Assembly (NCBI GenBank): GCA_017555545.1
Contig: JAFZGE010000017.1
Span: forward strand, 1 to 44,294
Direction of reading: 5' to 3'
Origin: Alistipes sp.
GTDB lineage: Bacteria; Bacteroidota; Bacteroidia; Bacteroidales; Rikenellaceae
DNA length: 44,294 nt
A program made the translations under genes and the position numbers. The stretch's first letter is position 1. Every line of letters starts with the position of its first letter. Below the pieces are notes generated by a model that searched no databases, had not been told where the DNA came from, and was given only the letters and a program-made list of their open reading frames with translations. This document shows, one piece after another, positions 19,210-29,407 of the stretch.

Positions 19210-20001
19210 ATGAAAAAATTATTTTTGGTTTTGGCAGCTGCTACTCTCTCATTCGGCGCTGCTTACGCACAGGATGCAAACGAGGAGCCCGCACAGGAGG
19301 CTGCCGTTGAGCAGGTTGCTGAGGCAACTGCTGAGGACGTTGACGCTGAGGAGGCAGAGTTGCAGGGTGAGCCCATGCACTTCGCTCTTTTGAAGAAGTT
19401 CCTCGAGGGTGGTTGGGGCTGGATGCTCTTGCCTTTGGTTTGCTTGATTCTTGGTATGGCTATCGCTGTTGAGCGTATCCTCTTCCTTGCTTTGTCAAAG
19501 ATCAACACTAAGAAGTTCATCGCTCGCGTTGAGGAGATTCTTAACGCTGAGGGCGTTGAGGCTGCTAAGGCATACTGCCGTAACACTCGCGGTCCCGTTG
19601 CTTCAATCTTCTACCAGGGTCTTATGCGCTACGATCAGGGCATCGAGTCTGTAGAGAAGGCTGTTGTATCTTACGGTTCAGTTCAGCAGGGTAACATGGA
19701 GAGCGGTCTTTCATGGATCTCATTGTGCATCGCACTTGCTCCATCACTCGGCTTCATGGGTACCGTTGTTGGTATGATCCAGGCATTCGATGATATCCAG
19801 GCTCAGGCTACTATCTCTCCCGCAGTCGTTGCAGGTGGTATCAAGGTGGCTCTTTTGACTACAATGCTCGGTCTTATCGCTGCTGTTATTCTTCAGATCT
19901 TCTTCAACTACATCCTTGCTCAGATCGAGGCTCAGGTTGTTAAGATGGAGGATAGCTCAATCCAGTTGATTGATATGCTCTCAGCATACAACAAGCGCTA
20001 A
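19210..20001 (+). CDS. exbB: MotA/TolQ/ExbB proton channel protein
   Basis: Signal peptide, FLEGG, APSLGFMGTVVGMIQAFD and VAGGIKVALLTT. Confidence 0.93.
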   Translation: MKKLFLVLAAATLSFGAAYAQDANEEPAQEAAVEQVAEATAEDVDAEEAELQGEPMHFALLKKFLEGGWGWMLLPLVCLILGMAIAVERILFLALSKINTKKFIARVEEILNAEGVEAAKAYCRNTRGPVASIFYQGLMRYDQGIESVEKAVVSYGSVQQGNMESGLSWISLCIALAPSLGFMGTVVGMIQAFDDIQAQATISPAVVAGGIKVALLTTMLGLIAAVILQIFFNYILAQIEAQVVKMEDSSIQLIDMLSAYNKR

Positions 20002-20035
20002 TTAAGACCAACTTACTTTAAGAAGAATTTTTATT

Positions 20036-20965
20036 ATGAAAGTATTTAGAATCATAGTCAGTATTCTCCTTGCTGTTGGTTCTGTAGCGGCAGTTGGATT
20101 GGCTGTAATGAATGGTATGAAGGCTCCTGAGTCTTCAAAGATTACCAACAGCACTCCTCTCGTTCAGAATGTTGCAACAGTAGATGAGGGTATTGAGAAG
20201 TTGGGCGAGGTCTTCGCTGGCCAGATTGGCGAGGACATGCTCACTGAGGAGGCCATCGTTGAGGAGCAGGCTAAGCTCGATCGCACTGTGAACGAGTTTA
20301 TCCCCGCATACGAGGCTAAGGTAGCTGCTAAGGAGGATCGTTACAACGCTGCACAGGCTGAGATCGCTCAGCTCGGCGAGCTTAAGAGCCTCAACGCTAA
20401 GCAGAAGAAGCAGCTCAAGGACGCAGAGGCTGTTGTAGCTGACTACAAGGCAACTGCTGACACTCTCAACATCTACAAGACTAACGTAGAGATCATGGAG
20501 GATAACATCGCTGCATCTAAGCTCGCTAACGAGAACGCTAAGATCGACGGTGAGAACGCTGCGGCTTTGGCTAAGTCAGTAAGCAACACTATCTACTGGT
20601 GCTATGCTTTGTTCGCAATCATCCTCGTTATCGCTGTATTCAGCGCATGCGCAGACCTCTTCATCAGCTTCGCACAAAACTGGAAGAAGGCTCTTATCAA
20701 GTTGGTTGTAGGCGTTGCTATCGTTGGTATCATCTATGTTGTTGCAAACTACTTCGTAGGCACACACGGCTGGCTCGAGGGCAACACATTGAAGGATGCT
20801 GCTGGTTACGACCTTGGTCTTGGTACTGATCCTGCAACTCGCCAGGTATTCGGTGCATCAGACTATATCAAGGCTGATTTCGGTCTCATCGTTTGCTACA
20901 TCGTAGCAGGTGCTGCTGTATTGTCAGCTGTAATCTCAGTAGTTATTGGTTTCTTTAAGAAGTAG
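20036..20965 (+). CDS. Hypothetical membrane protein in the exbB-exbD operon with a long predicted coiled-coil loop
   Basis: One N-terminal TM, about 150 aa of A/E/K-rich helical sequence, then three hydrophobic segments. Codon usage matches the neighbours and the gap to exbD is 3 nt. Confidence 0.8.
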   Translation: MKVFRIIVSILLAVGSVAAVGLAVMNGMKAPESSKITNSTPLVQNVATVDEGIEKLGEVFAGQIGEDMLTEEAIVEEQAKLDRTVNEFIPAYEAKVAAKEDRYNAAQAEIAQLGELKSLNAKQKKQLKDAEAVVADYKATADTLNIYKTNVEIMEDNIAASKLANENAKIDGENAAALAKSVSNTIYWCYALFAIILVIAVFSACADLFISFAQNWKKALIKLVVGVAIVGIIYVVANYFVGTHGWLEGNTLKDAAGYDLGLGTDPATRQVFGASDYIKADFGLIVCYIVAGAAVLSAVISVVIGFFKK

Positions 20966-20968
20966 TGT

Positions 20969-21565
20969 ATGGCTAGAGCGAAGAAAAAGGCTGGAGAGAT
21001 TAACTCTAGCTCAATGGCGGATATTTCATTCTTGCTGTTGATATTCTTCTTGGTGACCACTACGATGGATGTCGACACAGGTATGAAGCGTACGCTTCCG
21101 CCCTGGATTGACCCTACAGAGCAGCAGAACGATGTTGATGTAAATGAGCGTAACGTACTTAAGGTAAACGTATCTCGTAACGGTAGTATCATGGTTGGTA
21201 CTGAGGAGTATCGTTCAAACGACCTTAAGCGTTCGGCAGGTCACTCACGTCTTTCACGTGAGGTGTACCACTTCCTCGTAGACGCGGACAAGTCTAACAA
21301 GAAGGCTACCGAGATCGAGGGCGCTACATATGACATTAGCGAAGGTCTTGTTTCTCTTAAGGCAGATAACGAGTCAAAGTATAAGATCTATCTTCAGGTG
21401 CAGGATGAGCTTACTCACGCCTTCAACCTCTACCGCGATGATATCTCACGCGCGGTATATGGTGTAGGTTACAATGAGCTTGATGACATCCAGGCAGGTA
21501 ACATCCGCAAGGCTGTTCCTATGAAGATATCTGAGGCAGAACCTAACGATCAAACAAAGAAGTAA
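20969..21565 (+). CDS. exbD: Biopolymer transporter ExbD
   Basis: EINSSSMADISFLLLIFFLVTTTM and C-terminal PMKISEAEP. Confidence 0.92.
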   Translation: MARAKKKAGEINSSSMADISFLLLIFFLVTTTMDVDTGMKRTLPPWIDPTEQQNDVDVNERNVLKVNVSRNGSIMVGTEEYRSNDLKRSAGHSRLSREVYHFLVDADKSNKKATEIEGATYDISEGLVSLKADNESKYKIYLQVQDELTHAFNLYRDDISRAVYGVGYNELDDIQAGNIRKAVPMKISEAEPNDQTKK

Positions 21566-21567
21566 TT

Positions 21568-22020
21568 ATGGCAGTAATGGCAAAAAAGGGCAAGCGTGAA
21601 GTGCCCGCTATGTCGACCTCTTCACTTCCCGATATCGTGTTCATGTTGCTCTTCTTCTTCATGGCAGCAACTACAATGCGTGAGGTTGATCCGTTGGTAA
21701 AGGTTCAGATGCCCCAGGCTAATGAGATCACTGAGCTCGACAAGAAGAATCTTGTAAACATCTGGATGGGTAAGCCCATGAACGCCGCTAAGGGCGAGGA
21801 TGCGTTGAAGATTCAGCTTAACGATAAGACCCAGGAGGTTGAGGATATTCGTAACTTTATCAGCGCAACAACTGCAACTAAGGGCGTTAGCCCCAAGGAG
21901 ATTGTGGTTAACTTGCGTGTTGATAAGGAGGCAACAGTTGGTAAGCTTACTGCAGTTAAGCAGGAGCTCCGTAAGGCTGATGCGTTGAGTATCTCTTATG
22001 CAGCAATGCAGGCGGAGTAA
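21568..22020 (+). CDS. exbD: Biopolymer transporter ExbD (second copy)
   Basis: STSSLPDIVFMLLFFFM, and LRVDKE...VKQELRKA..L.ISY. Confidence 0.92.
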   Translation: MAVMAKKGKREVPAMSTSSLPDIVFMLLFFFMAATTMREVDPLVKVQMPQANEITELDKKNLVNIWMGKPMNAAKGEDALKIQLNDKTQEVEDIRNFISATTATKGVSPKEIVVNLRVDKEATVGKLTAVKQELRKADALSISYAAMQAE

Positions 22021-22038
22021 TCCGTAACCTAAATATGT

Positions 22039-22078
22039 AAGAAAATAGGCTATCCACCACGGATAGCCTATTTCTTTA
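22039..22078. terminator. Bidirectional intrinsic terminator
   Basis: aaataggctatcc-acca-cggatagcctattt hairpin between convergent genes. Confidence 0.8.
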
Positions 22079-22105
22079 TTCGTAATGATTAATTAGTAGC
22101 GCTTG

Positions 22106-22582
22106 TTATAGTTCATCCTCGGTGAGGAAGGGCCGGAAGTAAAACTCCTCCTTTGAACGCTCCTCGCTGAAGGTGAAATAGAGACACTCTACCTCTGTTG
22201 CGCGCTCACCCTTACCATTTGTTATCTCAATCGCTACGCGCACAAGGTTGCGACGCTTCTCCACTATGCTTGCACGTAGCGTTATAGCGCCATCACTTAT
22301 AAGCACGGGGCGCAAGTACTTTACCTCCATCTTTGAGGTCACGCCACCCACCTGCAGCTTGCGGAATATCACCCAGCTTGCTATCTCATCTGCTAGCGTT
22401 GCCTGAATGCCTCCATGCAGCGTGTTGTTCCAACCCTGAAACTCTATGCGGGGTGTCCATACTGATACCACATTCTCGCCATCCTCATAAAACTCCATAC
22501 GGAGACCTCTATCGTTGTGTGGGGCACAGCCGAAGCAGCCATAACCCTCTACATCCAACCAGGGATTTACTATTCGTTTCAT
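22106..22582 (-). CDS. PaaI family thioesterase (hotdog fold)
   Basis: CFGC..N..GL, QGW...LHGGIQATLADE and VKYLRPV. Confidence 0.9.
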   Translation of the reverse strand: MKRIVNPWLDVEGYGCFGCAPHNDRGLRMEFYEDGENVVSVWTPRIEFQGWNNTLHGGIQATLADEIASWVIFRKLQVGGVTSKMEVKYLRPVLISDGAITLRASIVEKRRNLVRVAIEITNGKGERATEVECLYFTFSEERSKEEFYFRPFLTEDEL

Positions 22583-22604
22583 CGCTTATAGATATTTATT
22601 AGGG

Positions 22605-22632
22605 CGAAGTTATAAAAAATATTATAACTTTG
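22605..22632. promoter_or_regulatory. Back-to-back divergent promoters
   Basis: TAACTTTG (+) at 22625-22632, only 8 nt before ATG 22641, and TAACTTCG (-) at 22605-22612. Confidence 0.5.
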
Positions 22633-22640
22633 TAGTACTG

Positions 22641-25094
22641 ATGAGGAGATTTATACTATACCTTGCCCTATGTGTCGCTGCCCTGCTTCAGCCATGGCAG
22701 AGGGTCGCTGCGCAAGAGTATGAGGCGTTGGACTATAGGGATTTCAAGTTTTACAAAGAGGAGGATAACGACATATCGCTCTGGGCTGGCCTCAACGACT
22801 CACTCATCACAGAGCCTCAAACGCGCAGTTACACACCCAACTCACGCTATGCCCTATCCTATGCCACAAGCAGATACCGCGGTGAGCCTCTTTCGGAGAG
22901 CCGCAGCCTCTTTGGCAATACCGTAGTAGACTACACCACCCTACGCACTCTTAAGGCGCTGGGATACGCCACAAACGAGCAAAACGGCATCTCTCGCGCA
23001 CAACTATCAGGCTCAACAAATCAGACTACAGCGATACTATCGGGAGCCGAGTCACGCCTCTACGAGCGACAATCGCTATATGCCGATCTCTCGGGTCGCA
23101 ACTACCTCATAGGCATCAACCATCGCGGCGTATATAGCATCGACAAATACGGTGTGCCGCTTAAGGAGGGCTGGATGATTATGGACTACGCACGCGTGCG
23201 CACGGGACGCGATTTATATGTAGAGGGTGTATTCACAAATGCAGTAGATATTGCCGTAGGCGCATCGTATAATGGCCGCAACGACAAACTGGATATCGCA
23301 ATATCACTTCCATGGTCTCAGCGAGGTCTTCGCCAGGCTTCTACAGAGGAGGCCTACACACTTACGCACAACAAGCTATATAACCCCACATGGGGCATGC
23401 AGAATGGCAAGGTGCGCAACTCGCGCGTGGCAACATCGCTCCGCCCCGAGGTTATTGCAATGTGGCAGCGCAGAGTGACCGCCGTTACCGACCTTACACT
23501 CACGGCAAACGCCTATTTCGAGCGACGAGGAGCATCTACTTTATCGTGGTTCGACGCCCCAACTGCAGCTCCCGACAACTATAAATATATGCCATCATAC
23601 TACTCTGATGATGAACGCGTTATCGTTGAAAGGGCATGGTCGACAAACGACCTGCACTACACCCAAATCGACTGGGACAGACTCTACCTCACTAACTCAG
23701 TTCAGCAGGATGGTGCAGCGCGCTATGCCGTGACACTACGCCGCTCGAACATCTCACATATTGCCATAAATGCGGGGCTAAAGAGTCGTGTTGGCATCGT
23801 TACGCTCAACTATGGTGCAGAGCTAGGTGGCGACAGCGAACGTGAGTTTAGGGTGATGGATGACCTGCTTGGTGCAACGCACATTCGCGACATAGACTAC
23901 TACATAATGGATGATGCAAGCTACTCGCACCTAACGGATAATAACCTCCGCAACCCCAACAACATTGTCAACGAGGGCGACCGCTATGGATATGACTATC
24001 GCCTCAGCCGCATTGGTCTAAAACTCTATGCTACGGCGGAGTGGAGTCTCTCCAATTTCGACTTCGCGGTGGGTGCGCAGATGATGCCTGAACTCATTTG
24101 GCGACGCGGATATTTCGAGAAAGAACTCTTTGCTGGGAAGGCCTCGTTTGGTCGCTCACAAAGCATTACGCTAACGCCCGCAATGATTAACGCGTCATGC
24201 CGATATAGTATTGATAATCATAACATAAGCGCAACACTGATGTTGGGTGCAAACACGCCCGATGCCGATGATTTATTCATGCAACCGCAGTACAATAATC
24301 GCATAGTCAACACACCCGAACTTGCTACCACAATATCATCGGAAATCACATACTCCTACACCGCGAAACGCTTCCGCGCCACGGCTGCCATATACCTCAA
24401 CTCCACTACTCGCGAGATAGACGTAGTGCGCTATTATGATGACCTTGCGGGCGAATATTCCGACGCCGTGGTTAGTGGCATCGGCCGCATCCGCTATGGT
24501 ATTGAGGCTACGGCGAGAGCCTCATGGTCACGCTATTTTAGCTCATCTTTTGCCCTCAACCTTGCGCAATATCGCTACCACAGAAACCCCACTGTAAACA
24601 TATTCACAGATAACGATAACATTCTGATTGCTAAAACCATATCCGCGATGCGCGGACACCATATTGGAGCACCTGAGATATCTCTATACGGCGATATCTG
24701 CTTCAGGCATAACGGATGGATGGCACGCGCTTCGGTGCAGTATTGGGCACTCAGCTACGTAACGCCATCAGTGATGCGACGTACAGAACGAGTGCTCTCT
24801 TACACCGCCTCAAACGAGGAGACCGAGGCACTGCGATTTCAGCAGCGCCTACCCGATGCTGCCACCATCGACATCGCCCTTTCCAAGTATTTTACGCTAA
24901 CCGAGGAGACATCGCTTGGCATACAATTCACAGCACGCAACATCCTGGGTAGCAACGTGGTATATAGTGCCTATGAGGAGAACCGTATCTCGCTCCGCAG
25001 AGTGGGTAGCCGCACCGATGTTACACCCTTTGCCAACCGCCTTAGCTACGCCTACCCACGCCTCTTCTCACTCTCGGTGTCGTTGCGCTTTTAG
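22641..25094 (+). CDS. Outer-membrane beta-barrel protein, TonB-dependent-receptor-like (divergent)
   Basis: Signal peptide, amphipathic strands rich in Tyr/Trp, C-terminal ...SLSVSLRF Bam signature, and YNPTWGMQNGKVRN / DDLLGA motifs I associate with a Bacteroidetes TBDR subfamily. Confidence 0.7.
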   Translation: MRRFILYLALCVAALLQPWQRVAAQEYEALDYRDFKFYKEEDNDISLWAGLNDSLITEPQTRSYTPNSRYALSYATSRYRGEPLSESRSLFGNTVVDYTTLRTLKALGYATNEQNGISRAQLSGSTNQTTAILSGAESRLYERQSLYADLSGRNYLIGINHRGVYSIDKYGVPLKEGWMIMDYARVRTGRDLYVEGVFTNAVDIAVGASYNGRNDKLDIAISLPWSQRGLRQASTEEAYTLTHNKLYNPTWGMQNGKVRNSRVATSLRPEVIAMWQRRVTAVTDLTLTANAYFERRGASTLSWFDAPTAAPDNYKYMPSYYSDDERVIVERAWSTNDLHYTQIDWDRLYLTNSVQQDGAARYAVTLRRSNISHIAINAGLKSRVGIVTLNYGAELGGDSEREFRVMDDLLGATHIRDIDYYIMDDASYSHLTDNNLRNPNNIVNEGDRYGYDYRLSRIGLKLYATAEWSLSNFDFAVGAQMMPELIWRRGYFEKELFAGKASFGRSQSITLTPAMINASCRYSIDNHNISATLMLGANTPDADDLFMQPQYNNRIVNTPELATTISSEITYSYTAKRFRATAAIYLNSTTREIDVVRYYDDLAGEYSDAVVSGIGRIRYGIEATARASWSRYFSSSFALNLAQYRYHRNPTVNIFTDNDNILIAKTISAMRGHHIGAPEISLYGDICFRHNGWMARASVQYWALSYVTPSVMRRTERVLSYTASNEETEALRFQQRLPDAATIDIALSKYFTLTEETSLGIQFTARNILGSNVVYSAYEENRISLRRVGSRTDVTPFANRLSYAYPRLFSLSVSLRF

Positions 25095-25190
25095 ATGAAT
25101 TTATCTCGCTTTGGTAAACTTTTAGCTTAGCGCTTTTATGTTTACTGATTTTTTTGTATCTTTACCCCGATATATATACTATAACTGAAA

Positions 25191-26705
25191 ATGAGTTGTA
25201 ATAAGAGACATATTCCAGATATTGGTCGTGGTTGCACATTCTGTGACTGCGGCGATGAGATTGAGGCACACGCATCAGAGGGTTGCTACAAGCTTCACGA
25301 GACCGACTGGCTCGAGGAGTATCCCAACAACATCCCTACAGACATCTTCGAGGTACGCTTCAAGAACACACGTCGCTCATACTACCAGAATGTGAATAAT
25401 CTTGAGCTTAAGCGTGGCGACATCGTTGCTGTAGAGGCTCAGCCAGGCCACGACATCGGCATCATCTCGCTCACGGGCGATATGGTGGCGAAGCAGATGC
25501 GCCGTGTAGGCTTCAACCCACACAATGGCGAATTCAAGAAGATCTATCGCAAGGCACGCCCCTACGACATCGAGCGTTGGCAGGAGGCTATAGCATTGGA
25601 GCACGAGACTATGATTGCCTCGCGCCAGATTGCTGCTGACATGGGCCTCAACATGAAGATTGGCGACGTGGAGTACCAGGGCGACAAGCTCAAGGCTATC
25701 TTCTACTACATCGCCGATGAGCGTGTCGACTTCCGCGAGCTTATCAAGGTCTTTGCCGAGCGTTTCCACATCCGCATCGAGATGAAGCAGATTGGTGCAC
25801 GTCAGGAGGCGGGACGCATTGGCGGTATTGGTGCATGTGGCCGTGAGCTATGCTGTGCATCGTGGATCTCGAGCTTCTCGAGTGTAACAACGAACGCTGC
25901 ACGCATGCAGGAGATCTCGCTCAACCCCCAGAAGTTGGCAGGTCAGTGCTCTAAGTTGAAGTGCTGCCTCATGTACGAGTACGACGTATATGCCGATGCA
26001 CGCCGCACCATCCCCCGCTTGCGCGAGCCATTGCAGACACTCGATGGCGAGTGGTTCTTGGTTAAGATCGACCCCTTGGCAGGCACTATGAGTTTCTCTA
26101 CCAGCAAGGGCACAATGGCAAACCTCACTACGCTACCCATCAGCCGCGTAAGAGAGATTATCGCCCTCAACCGTGCTGGCGAGAAGGCCGAGACACTTAT
26201 TGGCGAGGGTGATGAGACACGCGTAGAGGAGCCAACATACCGTAGCCAGGAGGATAGCATCACACGCTTCGACAATAAGACTAAGCGCAATAAGCGTAAT
26301 AAGCGCCGTGGTGGCCGCGACAAGGGCGAGAGCCAGGAGGCGGCAGCGGAGCAGACAGCACCCGCAGAGGCTCCAGCACCCGAGGCCAAGGAGGACAAAG
26401 AGCCCAAGGCAGAGGAGACACAGCAGGGTGGCGAGCGTCGTGAGCGCAGAGACCGTCGCGATCGCCGTGACCGTCGTGAGCGTCGCAACAATGGCGAAGG
26501 CAGCGAGAATCGTGAGCCACGCGAGCGTAAGGAGAGTGCTCCAGAGGCAGCTCCACAGGGTGAGAACACAGAGGCATCGAACAACGAGCGCCCCGAGCGT
26601 GGCGAGCGTAACGACCGCCGCCGTCATCACCACCGTGGTCGCCGCAATGGTGGAGAGCGTCGCGAGCGCAATGGCGAGAACAACAACAATAAATCGAACG
26701 AGTAG
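25191..26705 (+). CDS. ricT: PSP1/RicT (YaaT-like) Fe-S regulatory protein with long R/E-rich tail
   Basis: EVRFKN, FYYIADERVDFRELIK, IG.RQEA...GGIGACGRELCC and KLAGQCSKLKCCL.YE. Confidence 0.9.
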   Translation: MSCNKRHIPDIGRGCTFCDCGDEIEAHASEGCYKLHETDWLEEYPNNIPTDIFEVRFKNTRRSYYQNVNNLELKRGDIVAVEAQPGHDIGIISLTGDMVAKQMRRVGFNPHNGEFKKIYRKARPYDIERWQEAIALEHETMIASRQIAADMGLNMKIGDVEYQGDKLKAIFYYIADERVDFRELIKVFAERFHIRIEMKQIGARQEAGRIGGIGACGRELCCASWISSFSSVTTNAARMQEISLNPQKLAGQCSKLKCCLMYEYDVYADARRTIPRLREPLQTLDGEWFLVKIDPLAGTMSFSTSKGTMANLTTLPISRVREIIALNRAGEKAETLIGEGDETRVEEPTYRSQEDSITRFDNKTKRNKRNKRRGGRDKGESQEAAAEQTAPAEAPAPEAKEDKEPKAEETQQGGERRERRDRRDRRDRRERRNNGEGSENREPRERKESAPEAAPQGENTEASNNERPERGERNDRRRHHHRGRRNGGERRERNGENNNNKSNE

Positions 26706-26708
26706 CCG

Positions 26709-27146
26709 ATGCGACGCCTTATATTCCTAGCATTGGTCGCAATGAGCATGCTTGCTGTAGCATGTAACGAGCAGCGCCATAGCGTCGATATGCACGACAT
26801 GCAGAGATGCACATGGAGCGGTGCCGAGGAGTTTGTTTACCAGAACACCGACTCGCTCTCGAAGCGCGACATATCGATTGTCGTGCGCTACGGCTCGGAC
26901 TATGTTGCCGACTCGGTGAGCCTACGCATCTTGGCGATATCGCCCGACTCGATGGTAACGGAGGAGCCCTTCACACTCCGCATACCACGCATCAAGGAGG
27001 TGCGCCCCGAGGAGCAGACGTTCCTCTACCGCAAGGATGCCGTTTTGGGCAGATGTGGTGCATATAAGTTCCGCATCACACCCGACACCATCATCGAGGG
27101 TGTAAGCTCTATCGGCATCATGATAGGAGAGCCTGAAGTTAAGTAG
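26709..27146 (+). CDS. gldH: GldH-like lipoprotein
   Basis: Lipobox AVAC, G.YKFRI...GVSSIG C-terminus, and the position directly after PSP1/RicT that is usual for gldH in Bacteroidetes. Confidence 0.7.
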   Translation: MRRLIFLALVAMSMLAVACNEQRHSVDMHDMQRCTWSGAEEFVYQNTDSLSKRDISIVVRYGSDYVADSVSLRILAISPDSMVTEEPFTLRIPRIKEVRPEEQTFLYRKDAVLGRCGAYKFRITPDTIIEGVSSIGIMIGEPEVK

Positions 27147-27168
27147 ATAGAAGTTAAAATAGTACCCC

Positions 27169-27921
27169 ATGGGAAAAGATAAATTAAGAAAATTTGCTGA
27201 GAACCTCACGTTCAAGTGCATGGTGCAGCCCGAGTTTGATGACATCTTCCACAAGGACCACCCTCTAAAGGGTCGCTGGCACGAGGATTTCTTCCACAAC
27301 AACAACCCCATCATCCTTGAGTTGGGCTGTGGCCGTGGCGAGTATACCGTAGCCTTGGCAGAGCGCAACCCCGACAAGAACTACATCGGCATCGACATCA
27401 AGGGTGCACGTATGTGGCGCGGTGCAAAGACAGCTACGGAGCGTGGCATGGAGAATGTGGGCTTCGTGCGCACACGCATCGAGTTCATCCTCTCGTTCTT
27501 TGCTCCAGGCGAGATTGCGGAGATCTGGATCACCTTCCCCGACCCACAGCTTAAGAGCCGACGCGCGAAGAAGCGCCTCACATCCCCACTCTTCCTTGCC
27601 GACTACAAGAAGATGTTGGCCGAGGATGGCGTAATCAACCTCAAGACCGACTCTAAGCATTTGTATGCCTACACCGCAGCCGTTATCGAGCGCTTGGGTC
27701 TCAATGTCGAGGTGCAGAACGATGATATCTACGGCTCGGGATATGCCGATGAGGTGCTCTCTGTAAAGACCGCATACGAGACAAAGTTCGTGGCAATGGG
27801 TCTCCCCATCACCTACACACGCTTCGGCTTGGGCAACTGCACCGAGTTTGAGTTCTTCGAGTGGGAGGGCGATGAGGCATTGGAGAAGGATGCCGAGGAG
27901 AATAGAACAAAGGCCTTTTAG
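27169..27921 (+). CDS. trmB: tRNA (guanine-N7)-methyltransferase
   Basis: LELGCGRGEY, GIDIKGAR, IWITFPDP, LKTDS and T.YE.KF. Confidence 0.96.
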   Translation: MGKDKLRKFAENLTFKCMVQPEFDDIFHKDHPLKGRWHEDFFHNNNPIILELGCGRGEYTVALAERNPDKNYIGIDIKGARMWRGAKTATERGMENVGFVRTRIEFILSFFAPGEIAEIWITFPDPQLKSRRAKKRLTSPLFLADYKKMLAEDGVINLKTDSKHLYAYTAAVIERLGLNVEVQNDDIYGSGYADEVLSVKTAYETKFVAMGLPITYTRFGLGNCTEFEFFEWEGDEALEKDAEENRTKAF

Positions 27922-27936
27922 CATATAACTACTATT

Positions 27937-29358
27937 ATGGGAAAGAGAAGAAAGGATTACCCCCTTATTGAGGGACTACATATCACAACCCTTGCTGCCG
28001 AGGGCAAGGCTATGGGTAAGGTTGACAACCAGGTTGTCTTTGTAGCTATGGCTGTGCCTGGTGACGTGGTGGACGTGCAGATTCGCAAGCACCACCGCCG
28101 ATATATGGAGGGCACCGTAGTGCGCTTCGTGGAGAAGTCACCACTACGCGTCGAGCCATTCTGTGAGCACTTTGGCGTGTGTGGCGGCTGTAAGTGGCAG
28201 AGCCTCCCCTATGAGGAGCAGCTCAAGCAGAAGACCACACAGGTTGAGGATCAGCTCGTGCGCATCGGACACCTCGAGATTCCCGAGGTGCGCCCATGTC
28301 TCGGTTCGGAGCGTACACGCGAGTACCGCAATAAGCTCGAGTTCACCTTTGCCGACAAGCGCTGGTTGACATACGAGGAGATTGCCGAGGCTGGCGACAT
28401 CGCATCTACCCCCGCTGTGGGCTTCCACATCCCTGGCTGCTTCGACAAGGTCTTAGATATTAACCGTTGCCACCTTCAGGTAGACATCTCGAACCGCATT
28501 CGCCTTGCAACAAAGGCATTCTGCATTGAGAATGGCTACACATTCCATAATGCCCGCCTACACGAGGGTCTTATGCGCACGATGGTCATCCGCACAGCCT
28601 CTACGGGCGAGATTATGGTCATCGTAGTATTCAACGAGAACGACACAGAGCGCATCAACGCCCTTATGTCGCACCTTAAGAACGAGTTCCCGGAGATCAC
28701 ATCGCTCATCTACATGATCAACGAGAAGTGGAACGACTCACTCGGCGACCGCGAGCCTATCTGCTTTGCAGGTAAGGATCACATCATCGAGGAGATGGAG
28801 GGTCTCAAGTTCAAGGTGGGTCCCAAGTCGTTCTACCAGACAAACTCGGAGCAGGCATACGAGCTCTACAAAGTCACACGCGACTTTGCCGACCTTAAGC
28901 CCACAGATGTGCTCTACGACCTCTACACAGGCACTGGTACCATCGCAAACTTCTGCGCACGTCGTGCCGCAAAGGTTGTGGGTGTTGAGTATGTACCCGA
29001 GGCTATTGAGGATGCGAAGATTAACTCTCAGATCAACGGCATCGAGAACACCGTCTTCTATGCTGGCGACATGAAGGATGTTATGAGCGATGAGTTTATC
29101 GCACGCAACGGCCGCCCCGATGTCATCATCCTCGATCCACCACGTGCAGGTGTCGATGAGCGCGTATTGGACGTCATCAAGCGCGCAGCACCCGAGCGCA
29201 TGGTCTACGTAAGCTGCAACCCCTCAACTCAGGCGCGCGACCTAGCTCTGCTTGCCGAGATGTACGAGATTCTCGCTGTGCAGCCCGTTGACATGTTCCC
29301 ACATACACACCATGTGGAGAATGTCGTGAAGTTGCGTAAGCGCACCCTCGCGGAGTAA
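27937..29358 (+). CDS. rlmD: 23S rRNA (uracil(1939)-C5)-methyltransferase RlmD
   Basis: TRAM domain, CEHFGVCGGC, SFYQTN, DLYTGTG, LDPPRAG, YVSCNP and VDMFPHT.HVE. Confidence 0.95.
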   Translation: MGKRRKDYPLIEGLHITTLAAEGKAMGKVDNQVVFVAMAVPGDVVDVQIRKHHRRYMEGTVVRFVEKSPLRVEPFCEHFGVCGGCKWQSLPYEEQLKQKTTQVEDQLVRIGHLEIPEVRPCLGSERTREYRNKLEFTFADKRWLTYEEIAEAGDIASTPAVGFHIPGCFDKVLDINRCHLQVDISNRIRLATKAFCIENGYTFHNARLHEGLMRTMVIRTASTGEIMVIVVFNENDTERINALMSHLKNEFPEITSLIYMINEKWNDSLGDREPICFAGKDHIIEEMEGLKFKVGPKSFYQTNSEQAYELYKVTRDFADLKPTDVLYDLYTGTGTIANFCARRAAKVVGVEYVPEAIEDAKINSQINGIENTVFYAGDMKDVMSDEFIARNGRPDVIILDPPRAGVDERVLDVIKRAAPERMVYVSCNPSTQARDLALLAEMYEILAVQPVDMFPHTHHVENVVKLRKRTLAE

Positions 29359-29407
29359 TCCGCATGCCCCGTAGACCCGTAGGTCACACCCAAACTTAAA
29401 TATAAAT

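Noticed and set aside
26430-26700. Short repeats that might suggest a CRISPR array or minisatellite
   Set aside because: They are in-frame low-complexity coding sequence in the RicT tail, with no constant repeat-spacer period.
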